This document shows positions 56,012 to 64,000 of a stretch of 64,000 nucleotides of DNA, one piece after another (position 1 is the stretch's first letter; each line of letters starts with the position of its first letter). Origin of the DNA: a virus. The notes beneath the pieces were generated by a model that ran no database searches, was not told the origin of the DNA, and saw only the letters and a program-made list of their open reading frames with translations. The stretch covers positions 116,862-180,861 of IMG/VR virus record IMGVR_UViG_3300008110_000034, one strand, 5' to 3'. Position numbers and translations under genes: made by a program.

Positions 56012-57421
56012 ATGACAAGACAAAATTCAGATTACGGTTTTGATGTACAAAGATTGTACATTGAAATGATGTTACAAGATGCAGAAACTTTTGTAAGATG
56101 CCAGGGTATATGGAATCCAGATCTTTTTGATAAGAAACTTCAAACATCTGCAAAGTTTATCAACGACTATGTTGAAGAACATAGAGTCATGCCAACTGTG
56201 AGCATTGTAAATGCTGCTACGTCACAGGTGTTCGGGGAACACGCTAACCTAAAAGCTGAACATTATGATTGGCTAATGAATGATTTTGAAACTTTTGTAA
56301 GACACAAGAGTTTAGAAAAAGCCATACTTGAATCTGCAGACATGTTAGAAAAAGGCGAGTACGGGCCAGTTGAGGACATGATTAAAAAAGCTGTACAGAT
56401 TGGTCTTACTAAAGACATGGGTACTAATTATTTTGCAGACCCTAGGTCTAGATTAATGAAAATTAAAGACAAAAACGGTCAGGTCAGTACAGGATGGAAA
56501 AGTGTTGATGATAAACTGTTTGGAGGTATGAACAGAGGGGAACTAAACATTTTTGCAGCAGCCAGCGGAGGCGGAAAGAGTTTGTTCTTAGCAAACTTAG
56601 GATGCAACTGGGCGTTAGCCGGATTAAATGTGCTATATCTTACATTAGAACTTAGCGAAGAACTAGTTTCTATGCGTATTGATTCTATGTTGACTGATGT
56701 TCCAACGAGAGAAATTTTTAAACAAATTGACGATGTTGAAATGAAAGTCAAAGTCATAGGTAAAAAGTCCGGTGCGTTACAAGTCAAATATATTCCTTCA
56801 GGAAAAAATGTCAACGACATACGGTCTTATGTTAAAGAATTTGAAATTAAAACTGACAAGAAACTAGATGTAGTTTTAGTAGATTATCTCGATTTGTTAA
56901 TGCCAATCAGTAAAAGAATTAGTGCAGAAAATCTTTTTATCAAAGACAAATATGTTTCTGAGGAACTAAGGAACTTTGCTGTAGAAAGAAATATAGTATT
57001 AGTAACTGCCGCACAGTTGAATCGTGGCGCAGTTGAAGAAGTAGAGTTTGATCACAGTCATATTTCAGGCGGACTGAGTAAGATTCAAACAGCGGATAAT
57101 GTATTCGGTATTTTTACTAGTCGTGCTATGCGTGAGCGTGGTCGATACCAAATACAACTAATGAAGACTCGTAGCAGTAGTGGTGTAGGACAAAAAATAG
57201 ACTTAGAGTTTGATGTTAATTGTCTAAGAATTAGAGATTTAGATGATGTCGAAGAATCTCAATCAACGTCTACTGGTCGCAGTATTATTGATCAAATTAA
57301 AAATAGAACCAGTACATTAACTGATGATCCTCAGTCCGGTGCGCCTATTCCTAGACCTAAAGCAACAACTGACAGCACCAAGGTTAGGCAATTATTGAAT
57401 AATCTAAATACTGAATTATGA
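56012..57421 (+). CDS. gp41: Replicative DnaB-like helicase (T4 gp41-like)
   Basis: AASGGGKS, TLELSEE, VDYLDL, TAAQLNRG, QLMKTR. Confidence 0.95.
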   Translation: MTRQNSDYGFDVQRLYIEMMLQDAETFVRCQGIWNPDLFDKKLQTSAKFINDYVEEHRVMPTVSIVNAATSQVFGEHANLKAEHYDWLMNDFETFVRHKSLEKAILESADMLEKGEYGPVEDMIKKAVQIGLTKDMGTNYFADPRSRLMKIKDKNGQVSTGWKSVDDKLFGGMNRGELNIFAAASGGGKSLFLANLGCNWALAGLNVLYLTLELSEELVSMRIDSMLTDVPTREIFKQIDDVEMKVKVIGKKSGALQVKYIPSGKNVNDIRSYVKEFEIKTDKKLDVVLVDYLDLLMPISKRISAENLFIKDKYVSEELRNFAVERNIVLVTAAQLNRGAVEEVEFDHSHISGGLSKIQTADNVFGIFTSRAMRERGRYQIQLMKTRSSSGVGQKIDLEFDVNCLRIRDLDDVEESQSTSTGRSIIDQIKNRTSTLTDDPQSGAPIPRPKATTDSTKVRQLLNNLNTEL

Positions 57422-58203
57422 TTGTTCAAAATCTTTTTAATCTGCAAGGAAAGACTGCAATAGTCACTGGAGGCAGTAGAGGACTAGGAATGCAAATTGT
57501 TGAAGCACTTGCAGAACAAGGTGCATTGGTTATAGTTATTGCTAAAACTCAAAATACTCTAGACACTGCTAAAGAATATTTTTTAAATAAAAATCTTAAT
57601 GTAGTTACTGTCTGCCAAGATCTGTTTGAAGAAGGGTTCGCTAATAAATTATTAGAAAAATTTAACAGTATAGGTATCGAAAAAATTGATATACTAGTTA
57701 ATAATGCAGCAGTTAGTTATCAAGCACCTATAGAAGAAACACCAATTGATTATTTAGATTATGTAATGTCGATAAATCTAAGATCTGTATTTTTATTAAC
57801 ACAATTAATTGGTGTGAAATATATGATTCCTCAAAACTACGGAAAAATAATTAATATTAGCAGTATTACTGGATTAAGAGGAACTGATTATAAATTACCA
57901 ATTTTAGGATATAATACTAGTAAAGGTGCATTGAATTCTTTTACTAAATCGTTAGCATGTGAGTGGGGCAGATTTAATATTACTGTAAATGCAATCGCTC
58001 CAGGTTTCTTCCTTACTGATATGTCTAAGAACGGAATTGATGAAATGTCAATAGAGAAAGTAATAGACGTCATACCTTTAAATAAGATTGGTGATGATTA
58101 CGATTTAAAAGGTTCTGTAGTCCTGTTTGCCAGCGAAGCAAGTAAACACATTACCGGTCAAATTTTACCAATAGACGGCGGTGTAAGTGCAAAGTTACCT
58201 TAA
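57418..58203 (+). CDS. Short-chain dehydrogenase/reductase (gluconate-5-dehydrogenase/FabG-like)
   Basis: TGGSRGLG, LVNNAA, NISS, YNTSK, NAIAPG, GQILPIDGG. Confidence 0.92.
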   Translation: MIVQNLFNLQGKTAIVTGGSRGLGMQIVEALAEQGALVIVIAKTQNTLDTAKEYFLNKNLNVVTVCQDLFEEGFANKLLEKFNSIGIEKIDILVNNAAVSYQAPIEETPIDYLDYVMSINLRSVFLLTQLIGVKYMIPQNYGKIINISSITGLRGTDYKLPILGYNTSKGALNSFTKSLACEWGRFNITVNAIAPGFFLTDMSKNGIDEMSIEKVIDVIPLNKIGDDYDLKGSVVLFASEASKHITGQILPIDGGVSAKLP

Positions 58204-58209
58204 AAAAAT

Positions 58210-58722
58210 ATGAAATACGAATTTTTTGATATAGATAATTTAGAAGCGATTCAGACAGAGACACTGTCACTAATTAATAATATGTTTAGTAACAGCAGAT
58301 TAACCTCTGAAGAATCTGTGTTAAGTTATTCCATGCTAGAAGAAAATATTCCAAGTCTTTTAGAAATGTTAGAAACACACAGATATAGACTGCACAGATG
58401 TTACCTTGTTACACATACGCAAGTAGGTATTAAACATCTTAGAGAGTTTGTCAATCCTGTACAATCTACAAGACTTTTAATACCAATTAAAAACTTCAAA
58501 GACTGCGATTTAAAATATTATAATGTTACACAAAAGCAAAAATTATACGGATACGAAAATAAAATGGAAATTTGGAATTTGTGCTCGTATACTGATTCTG
58601 AAATAATAGACACAACTCAATTGTCTAAACCAATAAAATATAGAGTAGATATTCCTCATACAATATATATAAACGGATATAGCAAGATACCTGTTAGATT
58701 CTTAAACATACTTCATGAATAA
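58210..58722 (+). CDS. Hypothetical, possibly degenerate cupin / 2OG-oxygenase-like protein
   Basis: RLLIPIKN...LKYY...KPIKYRVDIPHTI pattern without an intact HxD. Confidence 0.45.
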   Translation: MKYEFFDIDNLEAIQTETLSLINNMFSNSRLTSEESVLSYSMLEENIPSLLEMLETHRYRLHRCYLVTHTQVGIKHLREFVNPVQSTRLLIPIKNFKDCDLKYYNVTQKQKLYGYENKMEIWNLCSYTDSEIIDTTQLSKPIKYRVDIPHTIYINGYSKIPVRFLNILHE

Positions 58723-58725
58723 ACT

Positions 58726-59427
58726 ATGGACCAAAAAATTTTAAACAAAATAGGAAAACTACTAGAACAAACACCAGATCCTCAGGGAATTTTTCGAAGA
58801 CATGAAATTCCTATTGCAGACTATCTAATGAGTTTTAAAGAGAATCTAACTAAGGAGTTTTTAGCCTATCATACAGATTTTATCGAAGGTGAATTCTCTA
58901 AAGGAAGACCTTATTGGAGTCCTGCGGTAGATGTTGATAAAATTAAAACTACCCATGAAAGTTGGAAAGTAACTAGTGTAAAGTATAATTTTGCTCAAGG
59001 AAACTTGAAGTACGATATGGAGGAAGAAGTTGCTAAAAATTTTCCTACAGCCGTAAAACTTACACAAGAGTTTGGAGATGATTGCCCTATTAGCACCTAC
59101 AGTATTCTAGAAGCAAATTCTGTAATTAAACGACATACAGGTATTGAAAATAGGACTGGGGAATTTATTCGCATACATATTCCCTTAATTGTTCCTCCTG
59201 GTGAAATATTTTTTGAAGTTAACGGAGAGGAAGTTGATTGGTCAGATATTTTTGCATTTGATAATCAACAAGTACATAGTGCATATAATCAAACTCCTTA
59301 CAGAAGACTAGTATATCTTATTGACATTCGACGCAGCCAAATTGGGATGCCAGCTGGACAACCTCACAATCCGTTCAAAGAACAATCAGCAAAACCTTTC
59401 ATACGTAACGGAGTACAATTAACATGA
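58726..59427 (+). CDS. Aspartyl/asparaginyl beta-hydroxylase-like Fe(II)/2OG oxygenase
   Basis: YSILEANSVIKRHTG, IRIHIPLIVP, FDNQQVHSAYN, RLVYLIDI. Confidence 0.85.
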   Translation: MDQKILNKIGKLLEQTPDPQGIFRRHEIPIADYLMSFKENLTKEFLAYHTDFIEGEFSKGRPYWSPAVDVDKIKTTHESWKVTSVKYNFAQGNLKYDMEEEVAKNFPTAVKLTQEFGDDCPISTYSILEANSVIKRHTGIENRTGEFIRIHIPLIVPPGEIFFEVNGEEVDWSDIFAFDNQQVHSAYNQTPYRRLVYLIDIRRSQIGMPAGQPHNPFKEQSAKPFIRNGVQLT

Positions 59428-59786
59428 TGATAAAAAGTATTAATAGTGGTTCAAAATACATAGCTGTGTCTGGGGGTAATCCGTCGATACCCTACATTAG
59501 TGGCGGCCAACTATCTGCAGGGCAGATGCGATACAATCCTAACATGCAAGGCATAGAAGTGTATGATGGCTCAATTTGGCATATGATGAGCAATAATTAT
59601 GCCTCTGTTGATTTAACATCCGATGCAACCGCTATACTTGACTGGGCAAAAAGAAAGATGCTTGAGGAACAACGAATAGACGAGCTTTGCAAGAAATATC
59701 CCGGATTAGAAAAAGCCCGAGTAAATTTTGAACTGTTTAAAAAATTTGTAGAAGTAGAAGAGCAGCAAAAACTGATAAATAACTGA
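59424..59786 (+). CDS. Hypothetical protein
   Basis: 120 aa; GQMRYNPNMQGIEVYDGSIW fibre-like module plus helical tail. Confidence 0.6.
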   Translation: MMIKSINSGSKYIAVSGGNPSIPYISGGQLSAGQMRYNPNMQGIEVYDGSIWHMMSNNYASVDLTSDATAILDWAKRKMLEEQRIDELCKKYPGLEKARVNFELFKKFVEVEEQQKLINN

Positions 59787-59802
59787 ACAGGAGAATGGGA
59801 AA

Positions 59803-60435
59803 ATGCCTTCAGGATTTCAACAAGATACTAATCAACTAAGCCCAAACATGTACAGAGTAGTTTGGGTCGCTAATACAGGTACTTACGCTACCGCAGATGG
59901 TAACGATAATGGTGCTATTACACCAAAAAGTTACGACGCAATCGAAGATGCCGGCGGAGCATTGCCTACTACGTTAGTAGCAGGTAAACGTCGTGCTAGA
60001 GGAAATATGCGTTGGCGCAATGTAATTAATCGTCTAACTGGACTAGCAGATTGCCAAATTTTAGACATTGAGACTGGCGGAGAAACTAACGGTAACGATC
60101 AAGCAACCAGTGTAGCATTTACTGTAAGATTTGATCGAGATGCAGGTGTAGTTGCTGCTTGTACTACATTAAACGGATCTGCTACAGGTGCCGATGGTGT
60201 TACTACAATTAACACTGTGGCGTTGGCAGTTAAAGATCAATTTGTTAGAGGATTCAGAGATGCAACTTCAGTTAACAGTACCCGAGTGTTCGACGGTGGT
60301 CCTGTAACAGAAACTCAAATTGCACTAACAGTAGCAGCACCAGATACAGCAGCAGACATTTGGGCAGATACTACTGTTACTCAAATTGAAGGCACTATGC
60401 TAGTAACTATAGACGAAGCTGGCGCTGCTGAATAA
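59803..60435 (+). CDS. Probable virion structural protein
   Basis: 210 aa A/T/G/D-rich; TAAATA promoter and AGGAG SD; followed by a terminator. Confidence 0.55.
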   Translation: MPSGFQQDTNQLSPNMYRVVWVANTGTYATADGNDNGAITPKSYDAIEDAGGALPTTLVAGKRRARGNMRWRNVINRLTGLADCQILDIETGGETNGNDQATSVAFTVRFDRDAGVVAACTTLNGSATGADGVTTINTVALAVKDQFVRGFRDATSVNSTRVFDGGPVTETQIALTVAAPDTAADIWADTTVTQIEGTMLVTIDEAGAAE

Positions 60436-60456
60436 TAATCTTAACGATAAAAACAC

Positions 60457-60483
60457 AAGCCCGGAGTTTTTCCGGGCTTTTTT
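60457..60483 (+). terminator. Rho-independent terminator
   Basis: AAGCCCGGA-GTTTT-TCCGGGCTT plus T run. Confidence 0.88.
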
Positions 60484-60502
60484 ATTCTTATTAAATACGA
60501 CT

Positions 60503-61078
60503 ATGAAAATATCAATAACTGGTCATTGTGCAGGATTAGGTCAAGCACTTTATAAAAAATTAAAAGAGAAGCATCAGATAACAGGATGGGATATTCTTGA
60601 TGGTTGGGATATAAATCAAGAGTCAACTAGAGATACAATAATTAACGATCTCGATAATCAAGATATGTTTATAAATTGTGCTCACTCTTTTAGAAGTCAG
60701 ACACAGTTACTTCAACGAGCTATTGAAAAGTGGGACGGGCAAAACAAAGTCATTGTAAATATCAGCAGCACAATGAGTATAATAGATGTTAGTCTAGTTT
60801 ATAATAATATGCCAGATGATAGCTTGTATTACTTTATAGACAAACAGATGCAAAATAGAATTCACAGTATGAGGTTTGGATTAAGCAAGCCAAGAATACA
60901 GAATGTGCTTATAGATTGGTTTGATTCTAGCTACGCACGAAGTAAGGGTGTAACTAGTACTTCTCTTACGCCTGATGATGTTGCAGAACAAATTATTTCT
61001 GCTATGCCACAACTTAATCAATCGGCCTATTTAGGAATTATTTTAATTGCAGATGCAGGCGGTACAAATCATGACTGA
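60503..61078 (+). CDS. Atypical SDR / Rossmann-fold protein
   Basis: ITGHCAGLG, FINCAH, IVNISS; catalytic YxxxK region divergent. Confidence 0.7.
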   Translation: MKISITGHCAGLGQALYKKLKEKHQITGWDILDGWDINQESTRDTIINDLDNQDMFINCAHSFRSQTQLLQRAIEKWDGQNKVIVNISSTMSIIDVSLVYNNMPDDSLYYFIDKQMQNRIHSMRFGLSKPRIQNVLIDWFDSSYARSKGVTSTSLTPDDVAEQIISAMPQLNQSAYLGIILIADAGGTNHD

Positions 61079-61802
61079 GTATTTTTACGCTTTTCTATTT
61101 GTTTTAGTAATAGGACAAATATCTATGATCACTGTTAGTGTTTTTTTACATAGAACACTGGCACATAAAATGGTAAAGTTGAATCCGGTCGTACAACATT
61201 TTTTTAGATTCTGGCTTTGGTTTACTACAGGACTTGATCCCCATGTTTGGGTAGTAATTCATCGAAGACATCATGTAACTTCTGATCAACCAGAAGATCC
61301 GCATAGTCCTCATAATGAAGGAGCATGGAATATGATTTTGAATGGACCGTGGCCTTTACTTTTCAAATACATGGATCACAACCCTAGCATCTTTTTTAAA
61401 CACGGCGGCGGTGTCCCTTTAAACTGGATGGAAGTTCATGTTTATAAAAAATTTCCTAAATTAGGACTGTTGTCATTGCTAGCAATCGATGTAGCATTGT
61501 TTGGATCACTAGGTCCTTGGGTTTGGGTAGGACATATAATTTACGGGCATATCAGCGAAGTTGGATTCTTATTTCTAGCACATTGGTGGGGATATCGACA
61601 CTATAACACCGGAGATAAGAGTCATAACATAGTGCCCTGGGGAATCATTTTAGCAGGCGAAGAGCTGCATAATAACCATCATTTAAAAGCAACTAGCCCT
61701 AAATTTAGCCACAAATGGTATGAATTTGACTTAGGCTGGACTATAATTAAAACATTATGCTTTTTAAAATTAGCTGAGTTACGTTATCAGCCGGATACGT
61801 AA
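61071..61802 (+). CDS. Membrane fatty-acid (delta-9-type) desaturase
   Basis: Likely start ATG 61071; His boxes HRTLAH, HRRHH, HNNHH; hydrophobic segments; WYEFDLGW. Confidence 0.92.
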   Translation: MTEYFYAFLFVLVIGQISMITVSVFLHRTLAHKMVKLNPVVQHFFRFWLWFTTGLDPHVWVVIHRRHHVTSDQPEDPHSPHNEGAWNMILNGPWPLLFKYMDHNPSIFFKHGGGVPLNWMEVHVYKKFPKLGLLSLLAIDVALFGSLGPWVWVGHIIYGHISEVGFLFLAHWWGYRHYNTGDKSHNIVPWGIILAGEELHNNHHLKATSPKFSHKWYEFDLGWTIIKTLCFLKLAELRYQPDT

Positions 61803-61834
61803 AAATAAGCTTAAATACAAGTAAAGGAGATACT

Positions 61835-61954
61835 ATGACTCACGAACAAGTTGCTATTCAGGAAATGTATAAACTAAATTTTACAGCAGAGCAAATTGCA
61901 GCAACATTGCAGTTACCTGTTGAAAAAATTCAAGAAGAACTAGACAAGCAGTAA
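61835..61954 (+). CDS. 39-aa helix-turn-helix-like peptide (not in the ORF track)
   Basis: MTHEQVAIQEMYKLNFTAEQIAATLQLPVEKIQEELDKQ; TAAATA and AAGGAG SD upstream. Confidence 0.65.
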   Translation: MTHEQVAIQEMYKLNFTAEQIAATLQLPVEKIQEELDKQ

Positions 61955-62038
61955 TAATCTAACTCTAGGAGCGAAAACTAGGAGCGAACAATGACATTAT
62001 CCTTTCCTGCTGACCATGTAACATAAGGATCCAAGTCG

Positions 62039-62809
62039 GTGGATCCATTAACTCTCTTTGCTCTAGCCAACGGAGCAGTATCTGCTGTTAAAGCTGGCTG
62101 CGAGTTATACAAAGAAATTAAAAGTGTTTCTGGGGATGTTAAAGACATCCTCAAAGATCTTGACGACCAATTCCATAATGCATTTGCCGCTAAAGGTAAA
62201 ACTCCATCAGCTGAAACTAAAAAACAGTTCCTTGAGAAAAAAGCAAGGATTAAAGAATTAAACAAAAAAGATCACGAAGACATATATTTTGAAATAGGCA
62301 AACAGCTTGGTGCATTCTTTGACAATCAAGCAAAATGCATAGCAGTCTTTGAAGAAGAAGAAAGAAGATCTTATCAAGTATACACTGGAACCGAATCAGT
62401 AGGGCATCGTGCTTTACAAAGAGTTCTAATGAAAAAGAAACTTGAACGGATGGAAGTTGAGCTGCGTGAACTTATGGTTTATCAAAGTCCGCCTGAACTT
62501 GGCGATCTGTACACAGAGGTACTTAAAACTTCTAAACTATTAAATGCAAGACAGGCAGAAGCATTAAAAATACAAATTAAACAAAACTACATAGACGAAC
62601 AAAAACACAAACAGTTTATGAACAAAGTCATAATATGGTTATGGTGTTTAGGATTTATATTTCTTAGTTGCATTGTGACTTTTATAATATTAGCGTGGGT
62701 AGTTGAGGATCGAATAGAAAAATATCCACACTTGGGACGAGAATGGTTCCCTAAAGGAGAACAGACTCGTAGAGATGAAGCTGCACCTAAACATTATGTA
62801 GGTAGGTAA
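62039..62809 (+). CDS. Helical protein with C-terminal membrane anchor, tandem paralogue A
   Basis: GTG start; MDPLTLFALANGAV; TM VIIWLWCLGFIFLSCIVTFIILAWVV. Confidence 0.75.
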   Translation: MDPLTLFALANGAVSAVKAGCELYKEIKSVSGDVKDILKDLDDQFHNAFAAKGKTPSAETKKQFLEKKARIKELNKKDHEDIYFEIGKQLGAFFDNQAKCIAVFEEEERRSYQVYTGTESVGHRALQRVLMKKKLERMEVELRELMVYQSPPELGDLYTEVLKTSKLLNARQAEALKIQIKQNYIDEQKHKQFMNKVIIWLWCLGFIFLSCIVTFIILAWVVEDRIEKYPHLGREWFPKGEQTRRDEAAPKHYVGR

Positions 62810-63588
62810 TGGATCCACTAACCCTCTTTGCCCTGGCCAACGGAGCGGTCAAACTTGTAAAGGAAGGCTGCAAGCTTTACAAGGACATTCAAGGCGCGGC
62901 GGGAGACATTAAAGATGTTCTCAAAGATCTTGACGATCAATTTCATACCAAGTTTCAAGATCGTGCTCCAACACTTGCTGAAAAAAATCAGTACGTCACT
63001 GAGCGTAACCGTGTTATTGAACTTAATAAAAAGTCTGGTGACACTACTAATATCTACACAGAAATAGGACAACAGTTAGGTGCTTATTTTGACAATTACT
63101 ATAAATGCCTAGCAGTATTTGAAGAAGAAGAACGTCGCAGCCGCACCGAAGTCTATCACGGTGAAGACAGTCTAGGCAAACGTGCCCTACAGCGTGTGTT
63201 ACTGAAAAAACAGCTTCAGCACATGAGCGAAGAATTACGTGAGATCATGGTATACCAAAGTCCACCAGAACTAGGCGCACTATGGGGCGACGTAGAAGAC
63301 ATGATGAAGACTGTAGGTAAAGAACAGTCAGCGGTAATTGCTATAGAAATGCAGCAGACTAGAGAACGTGCAATAAGAAAAGCACGTCGTAGGAAAATAA
63401 TAAAACACAGGGCATTGTGTTGGGGGCTAAGTAGTTTGGCCGTGCTGTATATTGTTTGGATGGTATGGGCTATTGTACAGATACGTATCACAGAACGTCC
63501 CGATTTGGGGGTTTGTCTTATACCTAAAGGACAATGGCCGTATCAATATTACAATAATTTAAAGTGGGTAGATTGTGATCCTAAGTAA
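62809..63588 (+). CDS. Helical protein with C-terminal membrane anchor, tandem paralogue B
   Basis: TAATG-coupled; identical first 14 aa; TM LCWGLSSLAVLYIVWMVWAIVQI. Confidence 0.78.
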   Translation: MDPLTLFALANGAVKLVKEGCKLYKDIQGAAGDIKDVLKDLDDQFHTKFQDRAPTLAEKNQYVTERNRVIELNKKSGDTTNIYTEIGQQLGAYFDNYYKCLAVFEEEERRSRTEVYHGEDSLGKRALQRVLLKKQLQHMSEELREIMVYQSPPELGALWGDVEDMMKTVGKEQSAVIAIEMQQTRERAIRKARRRKIIKHRALCWGLSSLAVLYIVWMVWAIVQIRITERPDLGVCLIPKGQWPYQYYNNLKWVDCDPK

Positions 63589-63606
63589 ATATCTAGAGAG
63601 TGTATT

Positions 63607-63690
63607 ATGACACACGTACTAATAATAATGTTAGCCATGGCAGTAGTAGGATTATTAGTTTGGTTATTGGAAGAAAATTATGACGACTGA
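63607..63690 (+). CDS. 27-aa single-TM peptide (not in the ORF track)
   Basis: MTHVLIIMLAMAVVGLLVWLLEENYDD; TAAATA at 63586 and GAGAG upstream. Confidence 0.45.
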   Translation: MTHVLIIMLAMAVVGLLVWLLEENYDD

Positions 63691-63922
63691 AGACGACGAC
63701 GCTAAGAAAAAATTAGCGGAGATGAAAAAAGAAATGGCTGCTAAAAAGAAGGCTAGATTAACTGTTCCTGCAGAATTTTTAGAAGGTGCTAAGAGCTATG
63801 ATGACAAGTTAACCTTGGTCAAAATACTCAGCGAGAAAGAAAAAAGTCGCGTGGTACTTTTGTTTAAAAAGATGATACAATCAGGTATGGAAGAAGCAAA
63901 TCGTAAAAAAGGTTTAAAATAA
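63680..63922 (+). CDS. Small basic helical hypothetical protein
   Basis: 80-aa K/E-rich ORF. Confidence 0.6.
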   Translation: MTTEDDDAKKKLAEMKKEMAAKKKARLTVPAEFLEGAKSYDDKLTLVKILSEKEKSRVVLLFKKMIQSGMEEANRKKGLK

Positions 63923-64000
63923 ATACACAATGTTAAAACCTCAACAGCCAAAGCAGTAAATACCATATGATACCCTTTGAAATAAACCCGTGGATATGGC

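Noticed and set aside
29192-57421. Inteins or group I introns in terminase, UvsX, UvsW, primase, helicase
   Set aside because: Lengths are ordinary and motifs are contiguous; no splice-junction or LAGLIDADG signatures
1-64000. Alternative genetic code (stop-codon reassignment, seen in some large phages)
   Set aside because: Core genes (sheath, terminase, helicase, UvsX, fibres) are full-length and uninterrupted in the standard code, and TAA, TGA and TAG all terminate genes
1-64000. tRNA, rRNA or CRISPR loci
   Set aside because: Intergenic gaps are short and none shows cloverleaf motifs or repeat-spacer periodicity

Overview
A 64-kb segment of a large, AT-rich T4-like (contractile-tailed, probably jumbo) bacteriophage genome, densely coding in the standard genetic code. 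In order: the C-terminus of the major capsid protein; a ~15-kb cluster of Thr/Ser/Gly/Ala-rich virion and fibre genes; an inverted NUDIX-gp15-gp14 block divergent from gp13; dNMP kinase; tail sheath and tube; gp4; small and large terminase flanking probable capsid-internal proteins; gp32; a coupled heme-oxygenase-like diiron enzyme (DUF3050) plus cobalamin-dependent radical SAM pair; UvsX and UvsY; a 9-kb glycosyltransferase/methyltransferase island; UvsW; a 194-aa miniature DnaE-type polymerase core; primase, carbamoyltransferase and helicase; and a redox/membrane accessory region (SDRs, Asp/Asn hydroxylase-like, fatty-acid desaturase, tandem membrane-anchored paralogues). Regulation is readable from the sequence: sigma70-type promoters precede replication genes, and a TAAATA late-promoter core precedes virion genes, often 4-5 nt before the ATG (implying leaderless mRNAs) and twice as a TATTTA-N4-TAAATA bidirectional palindrome. 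No tRNA, CRISPR array, integrase or transposase was recognised. All functional calls are from motif recognition by eye, without database searches.
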